Assembly (NCBI GenBank): GCA_030611945.1
Contig: JAUWOV010000002.1
Location: 1-47,018, forward strand
Source: a bacterium
GTDB taxonomy: Bacteria; JAHJDO01
Direction of reading: 5' to 3'
Length of the DNA stretch: 47,018 nucleotides
In this document: one piece after another, positions 1-10,594 of the stretch
Position numbering within the stretch: the first letter of the stretch is position 1
Layout of the letters: every line of letters starts with the position of its first letter
Made by a program: the position numbers and the translations under genes
Notes under the pieces: model-generated
The model's input: only the letters and a program-made list of their open reading frames with translations
The model's database searches: none
Told to the model about the DNA's origin: nothing

Positions 1-183
1 ACGGGCGGACATGGCGGAGGAGATAAAAGGCTTCTGGATATGCTTTTCAAAGAAGGTATTCCTGATCCTCTTGGGCATCAGGCTGGTTCATGGGGTGGTG
101 CTATGTCAGTATTGATTGGAATTGCCGGAAATAAGTCCATAAAAACTGGGAAGCTCGTTAAGATTAAAGAATTACTTAAATGA
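1..183 (+). CDS. 3' end of an oxidoreductase-like gene (Gfo/Idh/MocA-like C-terminus), truncated by the window edge
   Basis: Frame 1 is open from base 1 to TGA at 181-183 (TGGHGGGDKRLLDMLFKEG...KIKELLK*). Only 60 aa are visible, so the family call rests on recall of this C-terminal segment. Confidence 0.35.
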   Translation, partial: TGGHGGGDKRLLDMLFKEGIPDPLGHQAGSWGGAMSVLIGIAGNKSIKTGKLVKIKELLK

Positions 184-192
184 AATCTATTC

Positions 193-1614
193 TTACTTCT
201 CAATTTCAATCCCTACATATTTAACCGCATTATTAAAAGAAATATCCTTAATAATATGTCCTAGAAATTTTACATCATTTGGTAATTCGCCATTTTCAAC
301 ATCCTGCGCAATAATATTACATAGAATTCTTCTGAAATATTCGTGTCTTGGATACGAGAGAAAGCTGCGCGAATCAGTAAGCATGCCAATAAAGCGGCTC
401 AAAAGTCCGGTGCAGGATAAAGCGTTTATCTGCTTTTCAATACCATCTTTACGGTCAAGGAACCACCATGCCGACCCAAATTGTATCTTGCTTGGAATTG
501 AAGAATCTTGAAAATTACCGGCCATTGTAGCTAGAACCTCGTTATCTCTTGGATTTAGATTATAAAGAATTGTCTTTGGCAGCTTGCCCATAAGATGTAA
601 TCTGTCAAGAAATCTTGATAGAGGTACAGCAATCTCAATATCGCCGACAGAATCAAATCCTATATCAGCGCCTAACTTCCTGAACATAAGAGTATTATTG
701 TTTCTCATAGCTCCAAGATGGAGCTGCTGAGCCCAATTTTTCTCATAATCCATAATTCCAAATTCAACCATCATTGCAGATTTAAATTTTAAAACTTCTT
801 CTAAAGAAAGCTCTTTTCTTGAGCGCACTTTATTGAAAATAGTTTTTATTCCGCTTTTTGTATAATCTTCTGCATAAGCCGTCTCAATGCCATGATCAGA
901 GATACGGCAGCCCATCTGATGAAAAAAATCATGCCGTTTTCTAATTGCATCCAAAAAGTCCATATAATCATTAATGCTAATCTCGCTTGCCTTTTCCAGT
1001 GTATTGACCCATTCATTAAATTTCTCAACTTTTTCAACAGCCATAGCTTTGTCGGGACGGAATGTAGGTAGTACTTTAATATTAAAACTGCTATCGTTCT
1101 TAATTTGTTTATGATACATAAGGCTGTCTGTCGGATCATCCGTTGTGCATATTGCCTTAACATTCATCATTTGCATAAGACCGCGAGCTCTAAATTCTTC
1201 TTTATGAAGCATGCCGCTGCATTTTTCGTAAATTCCACACGCTGCAGAGGGGTTTAGAAGCTCGTTTATTCCAAAATAGCGGTTCAATTCCAGCAGTGTC
1301 CAGTGATATAACTGGTTGCGTACTAAAAAAGGAACTGTTTTAGCCCACGCTTTAAATTTTTCATAGTCATCTGCATCACCTGTACAAAAACGTTCTTCAA
1401 TGCCATTGGATCTCATAGCGCGCCATTTATAGTGATCGCCTCCAAGCCATACTTCGCTAAGATTCTTGAATTGCTTATTCTCAGCAATGTCCTGTACTGG
1501 TAAATGGCAGTGATAATCAAATATCGACATGTTTTTAGCATATTCATGAAAAAGAGTTTGGGCGGTTTTTGTATGCAACAAAAAATTTTCATCCATAAAT
1601 TTGATTTTCACCAA
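193..1614 (-). CDS. uxaC: glucuronate isomerase
   Basis: 473 aa. N-terminus FMDENFLL...DYHCHL...GDHYKWRAMRSNG is the characteristic UxaC signature and the length is typical. Confidence 0.9.
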   Translation of the reverse strand: MVKIKFMDENFLLHTKTAQTLFHEYAKNMSIFDYHCHLPVQDIAENKQFKNLSEVWLGGDHYKWRAMRSNGIEERFCTGDADDYEKFKAWAKTVPFLVRNQLYHWTLLELNRYFGINELLNPSAACGIYEKCSGMLHKEEFRARGLMQMMNVKAICTTDDPTDSLMYHKQIKNDSSFNIKVLPTFRPDKAMAVEKVEKFNEWVNTLEKASEISINDYMDFLDAIRKRHDFFHQMGCRISDHGIETAYAEDYTKSGIKTIFNKVRSRKELSLEEVLKFKSAMMVEFGIMDYEKNWAQQLHLGAMRNNNTLMFRKLGADIGFDSVGDIEIAVPLSRFLDRLHLMGKLPKTILYNLNPRDNEVLATMAGNFQDSSIPSKIQFGSAWWFLDRKDGIEKQINALSCTGLLSRFIGMLTDSRSFLSYPRHEYFRRILCNIIAQDVENGELPNDVKFLGHIIKDISFNNAVKYVGIEIEK

Positions 1615-1672
1615 TTAATTCCCCCATATTATTCAGCCAAATATTACTCTAATTAAGATAAAAAGGAAAGAA

Positions 1673-3262
1673 TTAGTTAGGACGCAATTTGAGATATCTG
1701 TCAAGATAGTAACGTGCTTTCAGCTTGTCTTTTAAATACCATCCATAAGCTATTGCAGCGCTTTTTAATGCCTTTGCATAATATGGATTGAGTTTCAGAA
1801 CCTCTTCAAATTCTCTTATAGCTAGTCTCGGCTTTCTCTGTCGAAGAAGGCAAAATCCCTTCATATAAATAGGCTTAATATAATTCGCTCTTAATTTTAT
1901 CGCATTATCAAACTGCATGATTGCGTTGCTATACTTTTTGCCAATGGCATAGGAAAGACCCATATTGTAATGGTCCTGAGGCAATATAAACTGCTGCGGT
2001 CTTGGCCACATTGCAAAAAATAAAAAAGCAGTAAATAAAAAGGAGAAAACTAGTTTCTTTAAATCTTTGTCCCTTGCTTTCTTCCATAGCCAATCAATAA
2101 AAAATCCTGTAAATAATATTAAAAATGGAACTATAGGCTGGCGAAATCTTGATAGGACATAAAAAGCCATTACAGAGCAAAAACAGCCAATGATTATTAA
2201 ATATACAAGTAAATACCTTTGCCAGTTTCGAATGGATACAATAATGCCTATTATTCCCATTGAGGCTATAAAAGCGAAACTGGGAAGAGGAAGGCTCAGA
2301 AGACCGGAAAATTTTCTTGATAAATAAAAATTGGAATTATTTGGTATCTCGTATCCGTTCCAGAAAGCAGCAAATTTATTTGCCTGCTGTTTGAACCATT
2401 TAGAAGGTGTTTTGGAAGCTGTTTTTAAAATATTAAAACATGTTTGTATCTGATTTTTTTCGGTATATGTATCGTCCTGTATCTGGTAAAATCCACAACC
2501 GGTAGATCTTGAATCGTGTCCGCATATAAATGCGTTTACTCCTTGCGATGACATAGAAAACAAATTAACTCCAACAATATGATTGCGAATAAAAAGAGGT
2601 GTAAGCGCTAATAAAACACCAAAGAAAAAACACATAAATCGTCCAATTAAGAGTTTTTTATTCTTTAGCGTTACATAAACAACCCATATCAAAATAAATA
2701 GAACCAATATGATATTATTTGGTCTGCATAGTATCAATAGACCGAGCACAATTCCAGGAATTAACCATATAGCAGCTCTTTTACTCTTTGAGAGCCGTGT
2801 AATAGAAAAAACTAAAAGAACAGTTAGAAAAACTGCGATAGTTACACGCAATAATTCTCCTTCATAGAAGATCAATACTCCATACAAGCTGCAAATAATT
2901 CCTGATATTACACCAACAGTCCGATTAAAGATCCTGTTTCCTGTTAAGTACAATAAAACACATATTCCCGCCCCCAAGATCATTTGGAATATTCTTGCCA
3001 TGACAGAACTATGCCCAAATAAGCTGTACATTAAGGCAAGAAAGTATGGATAAAGAGGAGATTGCGAATAAATGTCTTTTCCTCCCAAAATATCCCCTTT
3101 TGAAATTTGAATGGCAAACTGGTCAAATCTTTGTTGGTCCAGTCCTGCTGGAATATTATAAAACATCGGATTATCCCTCATCTGATACAGGTAAATAAAT
3201 CTTATGGATAAGGCAAAGATGAAGATTACGAGAGGAATGAAGACAGAATTTTTAATTTTCAA
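1673..3262 (-). CDS. polytopic membrane glycosyltransferase (GT39/ArnT-like) with C-terminal TPR repeats
   Basis: 529 aa with about 12 hydrophobic helices and a soluble C-terminal TPR-like tail (YNMGLSYAIGKKYSNAIMQFDNAIKL...). Architecture is typical of ArnT/PMT-family enzymes. Confidence 0.6.
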   Translation of the reverse strand: MKIKNSVFIPLVIFIFALSIRFIYLYQMRDNPMFYNIPAGLDQQRFDQFAIQISKGDILGGKDIYSQSPLYPYFLALMYSLFGHSSVMARIFQMILGAGICVLLYLTGNRIFNRTVGVISGIICSLYGVLIFYEGELLRVTIAVFLTVLLVFSITRLSKSKRAAIWLIPGIVLGLLILCRPNNIILVLFILIWVVYVTLKNKKLLIGRFMCFFFGVLLALTPLFIRNHIVGVNLFSMSSQGVNAFICGHDSRSTGCGFYQIQDDTYTEKNQIQTCFNILKTASKTPSKWFKQQANKFAAFWNGYEIPNNSNFYLSRKFSGLLSLPLPSFAFIASMGIIGIIVSIRNWQRYLLVYLIIIGCFCSVMAFYVLSRFRQPIVPFLILFTGFFIDWLWKKARDKDLKKLVFSFLFTAFLFFAMWPRPQQFILPQDHYNMGLSYAIGKKYSNAIMQFDNAIKLRANYIKPIYMKGFCLLRQRKPRLAIREFEEVLKLNPYYAKALKSAAIAYGWYLKDKLKARYYLDRYLKLRPN

Positions 3263-4289
3263 TTTTCTTAATCTTTTTTCTATCGGGTTTTTTTATTACG
3301 CCATTTTCTGTTATTATTGCGGATATGAATTTTGCAGGAGTTACATCAAAAGCAGGATTATATACATTTATATTTTTTGGAGCAATTCTTTTGCCGTATA
3401 GATTTGTTATTTCTTCAGGAGACCTTTGCTCAATTGGAATCTGTTTCCCTGATTTTATTTTCATATCAAATGTGGAAATAGGAGCAGCTACATAAAAAGG
3501 GATTTTATGCGCTTTTGCAAGTACTGCCAGGCTGTACGTGCCTATTTTATTTGCGGTATCTCCATTAGAGGCGATTCTATCTGCCCCTACTATTACGCAA
3601 TTTATTTTTCCATCTTTCATTAATGAACCTGCCATATTATCGCAGATTAATGTAACATCAATCCCAGCCTGCATCAGTTCCCATGTTGTAAGCCTGGCTC
3701 CCTGCAGTAATGGTCGAGTTTCGTCTGCATAAACTCTTATCTTCTTGCCTTGCTCGTTTGCATTAAAAATCACACCCAGAGCTGTTCCGTAATCAGCGGT
3801 TGCTAATCCTCCGGCATTACAATGAGTTAAAATCACATCTCCGTCTTTTATAAGCCTTGCCCCGTTTTTACCGATATTTCTGCAAATATTCTTATCTTCC
3901 TCTATAATCTTTTGCGCTTCGTTTAACAATTTAGATTTTATTGTATTAATTGACAGGTCGCTATGTTTCTTGCAACATATACGCATTCTATCCAGCGCCC
4001 AGAAAAGATTAACTGCAGTAGGTCTTGAGGATGATAGATAGGATATAACTTGTTCCAGTCGTTTTTTGAACTGAGCATAACCTTTTGCCTTTGAATCCTG
4101 CATGCCCACAACCACACCCAATGCTCCGGCAATGCCTATGGCAGGAGCCCCCCGAACCCTCAAATTCCTGATTGCTTCCCATATACTTTCTACAGTATCG
4201 CAATATATGTGCTTAAACTTGTTTGGAAGCAAAGTCTGATCTATTAACTTAATTTTCCCTCTGTCCCACTTAATTGTTTCAACAGGCAT
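3252..4289 (-). CDS. mtnA: S-methyl-5-thioribose-1-phosphate isomerase
   Basis: 345 aa. Motifs: IKWDRGKIKLIDQTLLP...VRGAPAIGIAGALG...LTHCNAGGLAT...GADRIA.NGD.ANKIGTY. Confidence 0.9.
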   Translation of the reverse strand: MPVETIKWDRGKIKLIDQTLLPNKFKHIYCDTVESIWEAIRNLRVRGAPAIGIAGALGVVVGMQDSKAKGYAQFKKRLEQVISYLSSSRPTAVNLFWALDRMRICCKKHSDLSINTIKSKLLNEAQKIIEEDKNICRNIGKNGARLIKDGDVILTHCNAGGLATADYGTALGVIFNANEQGKKIRVYADETRPLLQGARLTTWELMQAGIDVTLICDNMAGSLMKDGKINCVIVGADRIASNGDTANKIGTYSLAVLAKAHKIPFYVAAPISTFDMKIKSGKQIPIEQRSPEEITNLYGKRIAPKNINVYNPAFDVTPAKFISAIITENGVIKKPDRKKIKKIEN

Positions 4290-4292
4290 TAC

Positions 4293-4769
4293 TTAACTCC
4301 TAATTATCTTTTTCATAATCTCCGAAGTTGATTTCCCCTTTACTTCCGGAATAGTGACAACCTTTCCACCATGCGATATTACTGTGTCTCTTCCAATAAT
4401 CTCATCTATCTTATAGTCTCCTCCTTTTACCAGAATATCAGGGAGCAGTGCGGAGATGGTTTTTGCCGGATCCAATTCATTAAAAATCACAACATAATCA
4501 ACAAATTCAAAAGCAGAGAGTATTTCAGCGCGCTCATCCTGAGGGAATAGAGGTCTTTTATTACCTTTTAAGAGTTTTACGGATCTGTCACTGTTTATAG
4601 CAACTATAAGTATATCGCAAAGCTTTTTTGCAGCTCTTAAATATTTTATGTGTCCAACATGTATGAGATCAAAACAACCGTTTGTAAAACCTATCTTTTT
4701 CCCTTGCTTTTTTAAAGAGTCTATTATTCCTTTTAACTCGGAAAGAGATTTGTGTTTATCTTTGCTCAC
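4293..4769 (-). CDS. rfaE2: D-glycero-beta-D-manno-heptose 1-phosphate adenylyltransferase (stand-alone RfaE domain II)
   Basis: 158 aa. Motifs: FTNGCFDLIHVGHIKYL...NSDRSVKLLKG..RPLFPQDER...PDILVKGGDY. Adjacent to gmhA. Confidence 0.85.
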   Translation of the reverse strand: MSKDKHKSLSELKGIIDSLKKQGKKIGFTNGCFDLIHVGHIKYLRAAKKLCDILIVAINSDRSVKLLKGNKRPLFPQDERAEILSAFEFVDYVVIFNELDPAKTISALLPDILVKGGDYKIDEIIGRDTVISHGGKVVTIPEVKGKSTSEIMKKIIRS

Positions 4770-5379
4770 AATATAATTTTTCTTCTACAAGTTTACAGAT
4801 TATGTGAATTACTGTAATGTGAGCTTCCTGAATACGGGGAGTGCTTGAGGAATGGGCAACGAAGCATAAATCTGCTATTTTTGAAAGCTCTCCACCTTCT
4901 CCACCTGAAAAGCCGATAGTCGTAAGTTTCATAGCTTTTGCTTTGCGGATGCCAGCTAATACATTCTCAGAATTTCCGCTTGTTGATATACCCAAAGCTA
5001 TATCTTTCGGAGTTCCTAATGCCTCTATCTGACGCGAAAAAATCTCATTAAAACTGTAGTCATTAGATATTGAGGTTATTACTGAACTATCTGTAGTTAA
5101 GGCAATTGCCGGCAGCGCGTTTCGTTCCAGTTCAAACCTGCCAACCAGTTCTCCAGCAAGATGCTGCGCATCAGCAGCACTGCCTCCATTTCCAAAAACA
5201 AGCAGCTTCCCTCCACTGCTCAATATATCAGCAATGCTGTTTACTATCTTAACTATAACGTCAACCTGATGAGCTATAATATCCTGCTTTACTGCGATGC
5301 TTTCCTCGATTATTTCTATTATTTGTTTGTGCATAAACTCATCCCCTACCCCTTCTCTTGACAAAGAAGGGAAAAACAT
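4756..5379 (-). CDS. gmhA: phosphoheptose isomerase (SIS domain)
   Basis: Motifs: GNGGSAADAQHLAGELVGRF..ER.ALPAIALTTD...IS.SGNS.NV. The first 15 codons look like an ORF extension, so the likely true start is MHKQ at 5334. Confidence 0.9.
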   Translation of the reverse strand: MFFPSLSREGVGDEFMHKQIIEIIEESIAVKQDIIAHQVDVIVKIVNSIADILSSGGKLLVFGNGGSAADAQHLAGELVGRFELERNALPAIALTTDSSVITSISNDYSFNEIFSRQIEALGTPKDIALGISTSGNSENVLAGIRKAKAMKLTTIGFSGGEGGELSKIADLCFVAHSSSTPRIQEAHITVIHIICKLVEEKLYCEQR

Positions 5380-5383
5380 CTAC

Positions 5384-6337
5384 TTACCGTTTAACTCGTC
5401 TGAATCCGGAGCATTCAATCACATTAATTTTTGAATCTGCCAGCAAACGGTCAAACATGAGATTTAATCCCAGATTATCACTTGCTATATGCCCTGCGAT
5501 TATAACGTTTAAGTGATTCTTTTCAGCCTCTTTTCTGTGATCCTCACTTAAATGCATACACACAATCGTGTTTATATCACTCGCTGGAAGCATTTTGAAT
5601 ATATCCTTTGAGCCCTCCGTTCCGCCTGTCATATCCACGAATATTTTGCCGGCGCTTCTTTCCTTTGAGCCAATAAGAATATTAGGACCTGCGCCATTCA
5701 TCGCAGCTTGCTTATACTCATCTAGTCCCAGCAACATATCTATAACCTTGCCCATTGTATAAGGTTTTTCTTTGTCAAAGAGCCTCTGCAAGTATGTCGC
5801 CACCATATTATCAGCAGGTGTATGAAGGTTCATAAAAGGCAATCCGATTAATCTGGCTGCGTCAACTGCTCTTGTATGATTTATCGGCATAAGCCTTCTC
5901 TGAACTTCCTTAACCCTATGTTCCATCAGGCTTTCTGCTACGTTAATTGGTACGCCGTGCAAGCTGAGAATATTTGCCTGCATCTTCATTACGTCATACA
6001 GCATTGCATATGGCAAGCCCTCAGGATGATGAGCTATAACTGCATCTATCTGTTTGCCTCTATTTTTTAGAGTATCTGCCAGAATAAGCTCGCCCACTTC
6101 AATATCTATACCAACAAGCACAGTTTTAAGCGTCTCATTATCGCAGTCATTTAATATTCTTGAATCAGAATACGGATTTTTAAGGGATTCTTTATCAAAA
6201 AATTCCTTCTCTTTTTTCTTTAATTCCTCATATTTATTCTTATTTTTCTTAAGTTCAAGCAAAACAGTTTGTTTGCCCCTTGGATCATTTTCAATCCCAA
6301 TCTTAATTGCTTTTCTGTAGAGCTCTTTCAGGTTCAT
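5384..6337 (-). CDS. NIF3-like dinuclear-metal-centre family protein
   Basis: 317 aa with VIAHHPEG, NLHTPADN and IIAGHIASDN motifs spaced like the NIF3 metal ligands. Family call is by recall only. Confidence 0.55.
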   Translation of the reverse strand: MNLKELYRKAIKIGIENDPRGKQTVLLELKKNKNKYEELKKKEKEFFDKESLKNPYSDSRILNDCDNETLKTVLVGIDIEVGELILADTLKNRGKQIDAVIAHHPEGLPYAMLYDVMKMQANILSLHGVPINVAESLMEHRVKEVQRRLMPINHTRAVDAARLIGLPFMNLHTPADNMVATYLQRLFDKEKPYTMGKVIDMLLGLDEYKQAAMNGAGPNILIGSKERSAGKIFVDMTGGTEGSKDIFKMLPASDINTIVCMHLSEDHRKEAEKNHLNVIIAGHIASDNLGLNLMFDRLLADSKINVIECSGFRRVKR

Positions 6338-6343
6338 ATGATT

Positions 6344-7573
6344 TTACACTCCTTTATTTTTATTAATTAGTTCTACAATTCTATCCCAGATTCTATGGGC
6401 TACTTCTTCTTTAGTCCACTTTGGCAATTCTTCCACATCATTAGCTCTATCGATTATTTTCACAATATTAGTCTCGCTTTCAAAGCCTGCGTCAGGCTGA
6501 GTTATATCATTAACCACTATTAAATCCAGGTTTTTCTTCTTTAATTTTGTCTTGGCATTTTTTATAAGATTATTGGTTTCTGCTGCAAAGCCGACAGTAA
6601 TTCTACCATTTTTTATTTTGCCCAGTTTTTCTAATATATCATCCGTAGGCTTCATATCTATTTTTAACATACCTTTTCTTTTTATTTTATTTTTCTCTGT
6701 CTTTTTGGGTTTAAAATCACCAATAGCAGCAGCCATTACTAAAATATCAGCATGCTTAAAACTATCCAGAACGGCTTTCCCCATTTGATCCGCGGTTTCC
6801 ACTGGAATATATTTTACATTCTTGGGAGGAACCAAAAATGTTTTCCCGCTTATTAACGTTACATCTGCTTCTCTTGCCAGCGCACCACGCGCCAGAGCAA
6901 ATCCCATTTTCCCTGTAGCCGGATTTCCAATAAATCTCACCGGGTCTATATACTCTCTCGTACCGCCTGCTGTTACAATAACCCTTTTTCCTTTTAGGTC
7001 ATATGTATCAAAAAGATTGCCCCCAATTAAGGTATCAACAACACGAGAAACGATTGAGTCCACTGATGCCAGTCTTCCCTCTCCTTCTTTTCCACATGCC
7101 AACTTTCCGTACTCAGGATTAATAAATTTGACACCAGCTATCTGCAGTTTTTTCTCATTATGTTTGTATATGTGACTTTTATACATCCTCTCATTCATAG
7201 CAGGAGCCATCAAAACAGGTTTGTTCCCGGCAGACAGTAATGTTGTGGAGAGAAGGTCATCTGCAATGCCGCTTGCTACTTTCCCTATAATATTGGCAGT
7301 TGCCGGCGCTATAAGAAACAAGTCAGCAGTATCACTTATAGTTATGTGAGGCAGAGGACCTTCAAGACTGCCCGAGTCATGGAACATGTTAATATACACA
7401 GGATTCTGCGAGAGTGTCCGTAATGTTGTCTCTCCAATGAAGTTAACAGCATTCACGGTCATGACAACCCTGACATTTGCATTCAAGTCTTTTAATCTTC
7501 TTATTATCTCTGCGGTTTTATATGCCGCAATACTGCCTGTAACACCAAAAATTATCGTTTTTCCTGTTAGCAT
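6344..7573 (-). CDS. coaBC: bifunctional phosphopantothenoylcysteine decarboxylase / phosphopantothenate-cysteine ligase
   Basis: 409 aa. N-terminal flavoprotein domain (GVTGSIAAYK...PAMN..M) and C-terminal CoaB domain (VTAGGT.E.IDPVR.I.N.S.GKMG...AAA..DF). Confidence 0.92.
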   Translation of the reverse strand: MLTGKTIIFGVTGSIAAYKTAEIIRRLKDLNANVRVVMTVNAVNFIGETTLRTLSQNPVYINMFHDSGSLEGPLPHITISDTADLFLIAPATANIIGKVASGIADDLLSTTLLSAGNKPVLMAPAMNERMYKSHIYKHNEKKLQIAGVKFINPEYGKLACGKEGEGRLASVDSIVSRVVDTLIGGNLFDTYDLKGKRVIVTAGGTREYIDPVRFIGNPATGKMGFALARGALAREADVTLISGKTFLVPPKNVKYIPVETADQMGKAVLDSFKHADILVMAAAIGDFKPKKTEKNKIKRKGMLKIDMKPTDDILEKLGKIKNGRITVGFAAETNNLIKNAKTKLKKKNLDLIVVNDITQPDAGFESETNIVKIIDRANDVEELPKWTKEEVAHRIWDRIVELINKNKGV

Positions 7574-7574
7574 C

Positions 7575-7829
7575 TTACTTCTTCTTTTTCCCCTTTTTCT
7601 CTTTATCCTTCGCCGTTGTTTCAGTCTCCACTTTTTCTTTTTTTATAGGTTGCCAATTTATTTTCCCTGCTCTAATTTCCTCTAAAGCAATATTTACTGC
7701 CGTATCTTTAATATCTACAAGTTTTGGCGATCCTGCATTAAGCTGTCTTGCTCTCTTTGCAGCCATATTTAGCAGAATGAATATATTGTCCGCTTTCTCT
7801 AAAAGTTCTTCCATATTTGTATCTATCAT
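7575..7829 (-). CDS. rpoZ: DNA-directed RNA polymerase subunit omega
   Basis: 84 aa. Motif FILLNMAAKRARQLNAG, with a Lys-rich tail. Sits next to coaBC, as in many bacteria. Confidence 0.8.
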   Translation of the reverse strand: MIDTNMEELLEKADNIFILLNMAAKRARQLNAGSPKLVDIKDTAVNIALEEIRAGKINWQPIKKEKVETETTAKDKEKKGKKKK

Positions 7830-7840
7830 GTTTTGCTCCC

Positions 7841-10519
7841 TTATTTTAAGAAACTTTTAATCTTATCCATGTTTTCTATTAATTTTATCCTGTTTTTACT
7901 AAGCATTTCCCTTTTTTTTTGTTGATTTTCTATAACATCTTTTGGCGCTTTATTTAAGAAATCCTGATTATCAATCTTTCTGCCTATCTTCTCAAATTCC
8001 TCTTCTAATTTAGCAATCTTTTTCTCAATGCGATTTTTCTCTGAAGCAAAATCAAATTTATCGCCCAAGCACAAAAATACCGCTATCCCGGATTTAGTAA
8101 TATCTGAAGGAAATGGAGAACTAACCTTTATATTGTAACCTATTTTCACATCTTTAGCATGTAATAATCTTTGCATTCCTATTCTATCTGAACTCAGCGC
8201 TTTTTCCTCCTCTATACTGGTTGTCTTAACTATATAGTTGATATCCTCTGATAAAGGGATATTCCAATCCCCTCTCAAATTTCTACCAACATTAATAACC
8301 TCATATTTAAGCATTGCTTTGTTGGTTTCTTCCAAATTAACATATCTGGAATCTGCTTCCGGCCATGATGATATCATAATACTCTTATCCAAATCCTGAT
8401 CTATGGTGTTTCTTAGATTCTGCCATATTTCTTCCGTAATAAACGGTATAAAAGGATGTAACAACTTAAGACTTTGCTTCAACACGTGAAATAGTACTGC
8501 TTGGGCTGCGACGCAACTTGTTTTCTCAGACACTCTGTGCTTTATTATTTCCAGATACCAATCACAGAATTCATGCCAGAAGAAATTATAGATTTTACTT
8601 GCGGCTTCATTGAATTTGTACCTTTCCAGACTCTCAGTTAGAGATACAATGGTTTGATTTAATTCAGTTAAGATGAACCAATCATCTGATGCTAAATTAT
8701 TAGAAGTTAAATCAATATTTAAGTTCTTATGTCCTGCTAAATTTGTTATTGAAAAACGAGCAGCATTCCACAATTTATTACAGAAATTCCTTGCTCCTTC
8801 TATTCTTGTAGTTGTCAACAGAATATCCTGCCCTCCCAATGTTGACAACTCTGCAAGAGCCAATCGCAATGTATCGGCGCCATATTGGTTAACAAGGTCT
8901 ATAGGGTCAACCACATTTCCGCTGGATTTGCTCATCTTCTTTCCTGAGGAATCTCTAACAATCCCATGAAGATAAACTCTCTCAAAAGGAATGTTATCCA
9001 TAAACTGCTGTCCCATCATAATCATGCGCGCAACCCAAAAATATATTATGTCATACCCGGTAACTAATACCGTAGTAGGATAGAAATAACCTAGCTCTTT
9101 TGTCTGGTTAGGCCATCCCATTGTAGCAAAAGGCCATAAAGCGGAGCTGAACCATGTATCAAGCACATCAGTATCCTTCTCCAGATCAATGCTTTCACAT
9201 CTCCCGCATTTCATAGGTTTTTCTATTTCTACTATTATTTCTCCACAATTATTGCAATACCAAACTGGTATTTCGTGTCCCCACCAGATCTGCCTTGAAA
9301 TACACCAATCCTTAATGTTCTTCATCCAGTTCAAGTAAACTTTTTCCCATCTGGACGGCGAGAACTTTATTTTACCGCTGGTTACAGCCTTTATCGCAGG
9401 TTGAGTCAATGATTTCATACTAACAAACCACTGCTTAGAAACTAACGGCTCCACAACAGTATGACATCTTGAGCAATGCCCTACATTGTGAAGATGATTT
9501 TCTATCTTTAAGAGGTATCCTTCTTTTTTTAGGTCTTCCACTAATTTTTCTCTGCAGGAATATCTATCCATCCCATTATAAGCGCCGGCATTTTTATTCA
9601 TTCTGCCTTTTTCGTCTATTACAACCACCTGTTTCAGGTTATGAGCAAGTCCGATTTCATAGTCAACAGGATCATGAGCCGGCGTTACTTTAACTGCTCC
9701 TGTTCCAAATGAGCTATCTACCCTCTCATCAGAAATAACGGAAATTTTCCTTCCGATAATAGGCAGGATAACTACCTTCTTTATAAACCTTTTATATCGT
9801 TTGTCCTGAGGGTGAACAGCAATTGCAGTATCTCCAAGCATTGTTTCCGGTCTGGTAGTGGCAATTACTATTTGGTCATTGCTTTGTTCTAAAGGATAAT
9901 TAATGTAATATAAATGACCTTCCACATCCTTTCTCTCTACCTCAATATCTGAAATTGCTGTCTGACAGCGAGGGCACCAATTAACAATATAATTATCCCT
10001 GTACAGCAATTTGTTTTTATACAATCTGATAAAGGCTTGCTTTACAGACCTTGCGTAATCCTTGTCCATTGTAAATCTTTCTCTTGACCAATCACATGAT
10101 GTTCCTAATCTTTTCAATTGGCTTATTATTCTATCGCGGTACTCTTCCTTCCATTTCCATGCATGTTTAAGAAATTTTTCTCTGCCAAGTCCATCCCTAG
10201 TCAACCCTTCCTGAGAAAGTCTTTTCTCTATTACATTTTGTGTGGCAATTCCAGCATGGTCTGTTCCCGGTATCCATAGAGCATTAAACCCCTGCATCCT
10301 CTTCCATCTGACCAGAATATCCTGAAGAGTTTCATCTAACGCATGCCCCATGTGCAGAACTCCAGTTACATTTGGCGGAGGAATAACAATACAGAACGAT
10401 TTCTTGTCGGAAGTTACTTCTGCGCGAAAGAATTCATTCTTTTCCCAGAAAGAATACCACTTTTCTTCTACTTGTTTTGAGTCATATCTTTTCGATATCT
10501 CAGTCTCAACTAAGGTCAT
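7841..10519 (-). CDS. valS: valine-tRNA ligase
   Basis: 892 aa. Class I HIGH (PPPNVTGVLHMGHAL) and KMSKS (GKKMSKSSGN) motifs, CP1 editing domain and a C-terminal coiled coil. Confidence 0.95.
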   Translation of the reverse strand: MTLVETEISKRYDSKQVEEKWYSFWEKNEFFRAEVTSDKKSFCIVIPPPNVTGVLHMGHALDETLQDILVRWKRMQGFNALWIPGTDHAGIATQNVIEKRLSQEGLTRDGLGREKFLKHAWKWKEEYRDRIISQLKRLGTSCDWSRERFTMDKDYARSVKQAFIRLYKNKLLYRDNYIVNWCPRCQTAISDIEVERKDVEGHLYYINYPLEQSNDQIVIATTRPETMLGDTAIAVHPQDKRYKRFIKKVVILPIIGRKISVISDERVDSSFGTGAVKVTPAHDPVDYEIGLAHNLKQVVVIDEKGRMNKNAGAYNGMDRYSCREKLVEDLKKEGYLLKIENHLHNVGHCSRCHTVVEPLVSKQWFVSMKSLTQPAIKAVTSGKIKFSPSRWEKVYLNWMKNIKDWCISRQIWWGHEIPVWYCNNCGEIIVEIEKPMKCGRCESIDLEKDTDVLDTWFSSALWPFATMGWPNQTKELGYFYPTTVLVTGYDIIYFWVARMIMMGQQFMDNIPFERVYLHGIVRDSSGKKMSKSSGNVVDPIDLVNQYGADTLRLALAELSTLGGQDILLTTTRIEGARNFCNKLWNAARFSITNLAGHKNLNIDLTSNNLASDDWFILTELNQTIVSLTESLERYKFNEAASKIYNFFWHEFCDWYLEIIKHRVSEKTSCVAAQAVLFHVLKQSLKLLHPFIPFITEEIWQNLRNTIDQDLDKSIMISSWPEADSRYVNLEETNKAMLKYEVINVGRNLRGDWNIPLSEDINYIVKTTSIEEEKALSSDRIGMQRLLHAKDVKIGYNIKVSSPFPSDITKSGIAVFLCLGDKFDFASEKNRIEKKIAKLEEEFEKIGRKIDNQDFLNKAPKDVIENQQKKREMLSKNRIKLIENMDKIKSFLK

Positions 10520-10594
10520 TTTTGAATTTCCTTAATAATGCCAAGTGACATGATTTTATGCTTTTTTAGACACAAAGTCAATTTTAGATCTTTC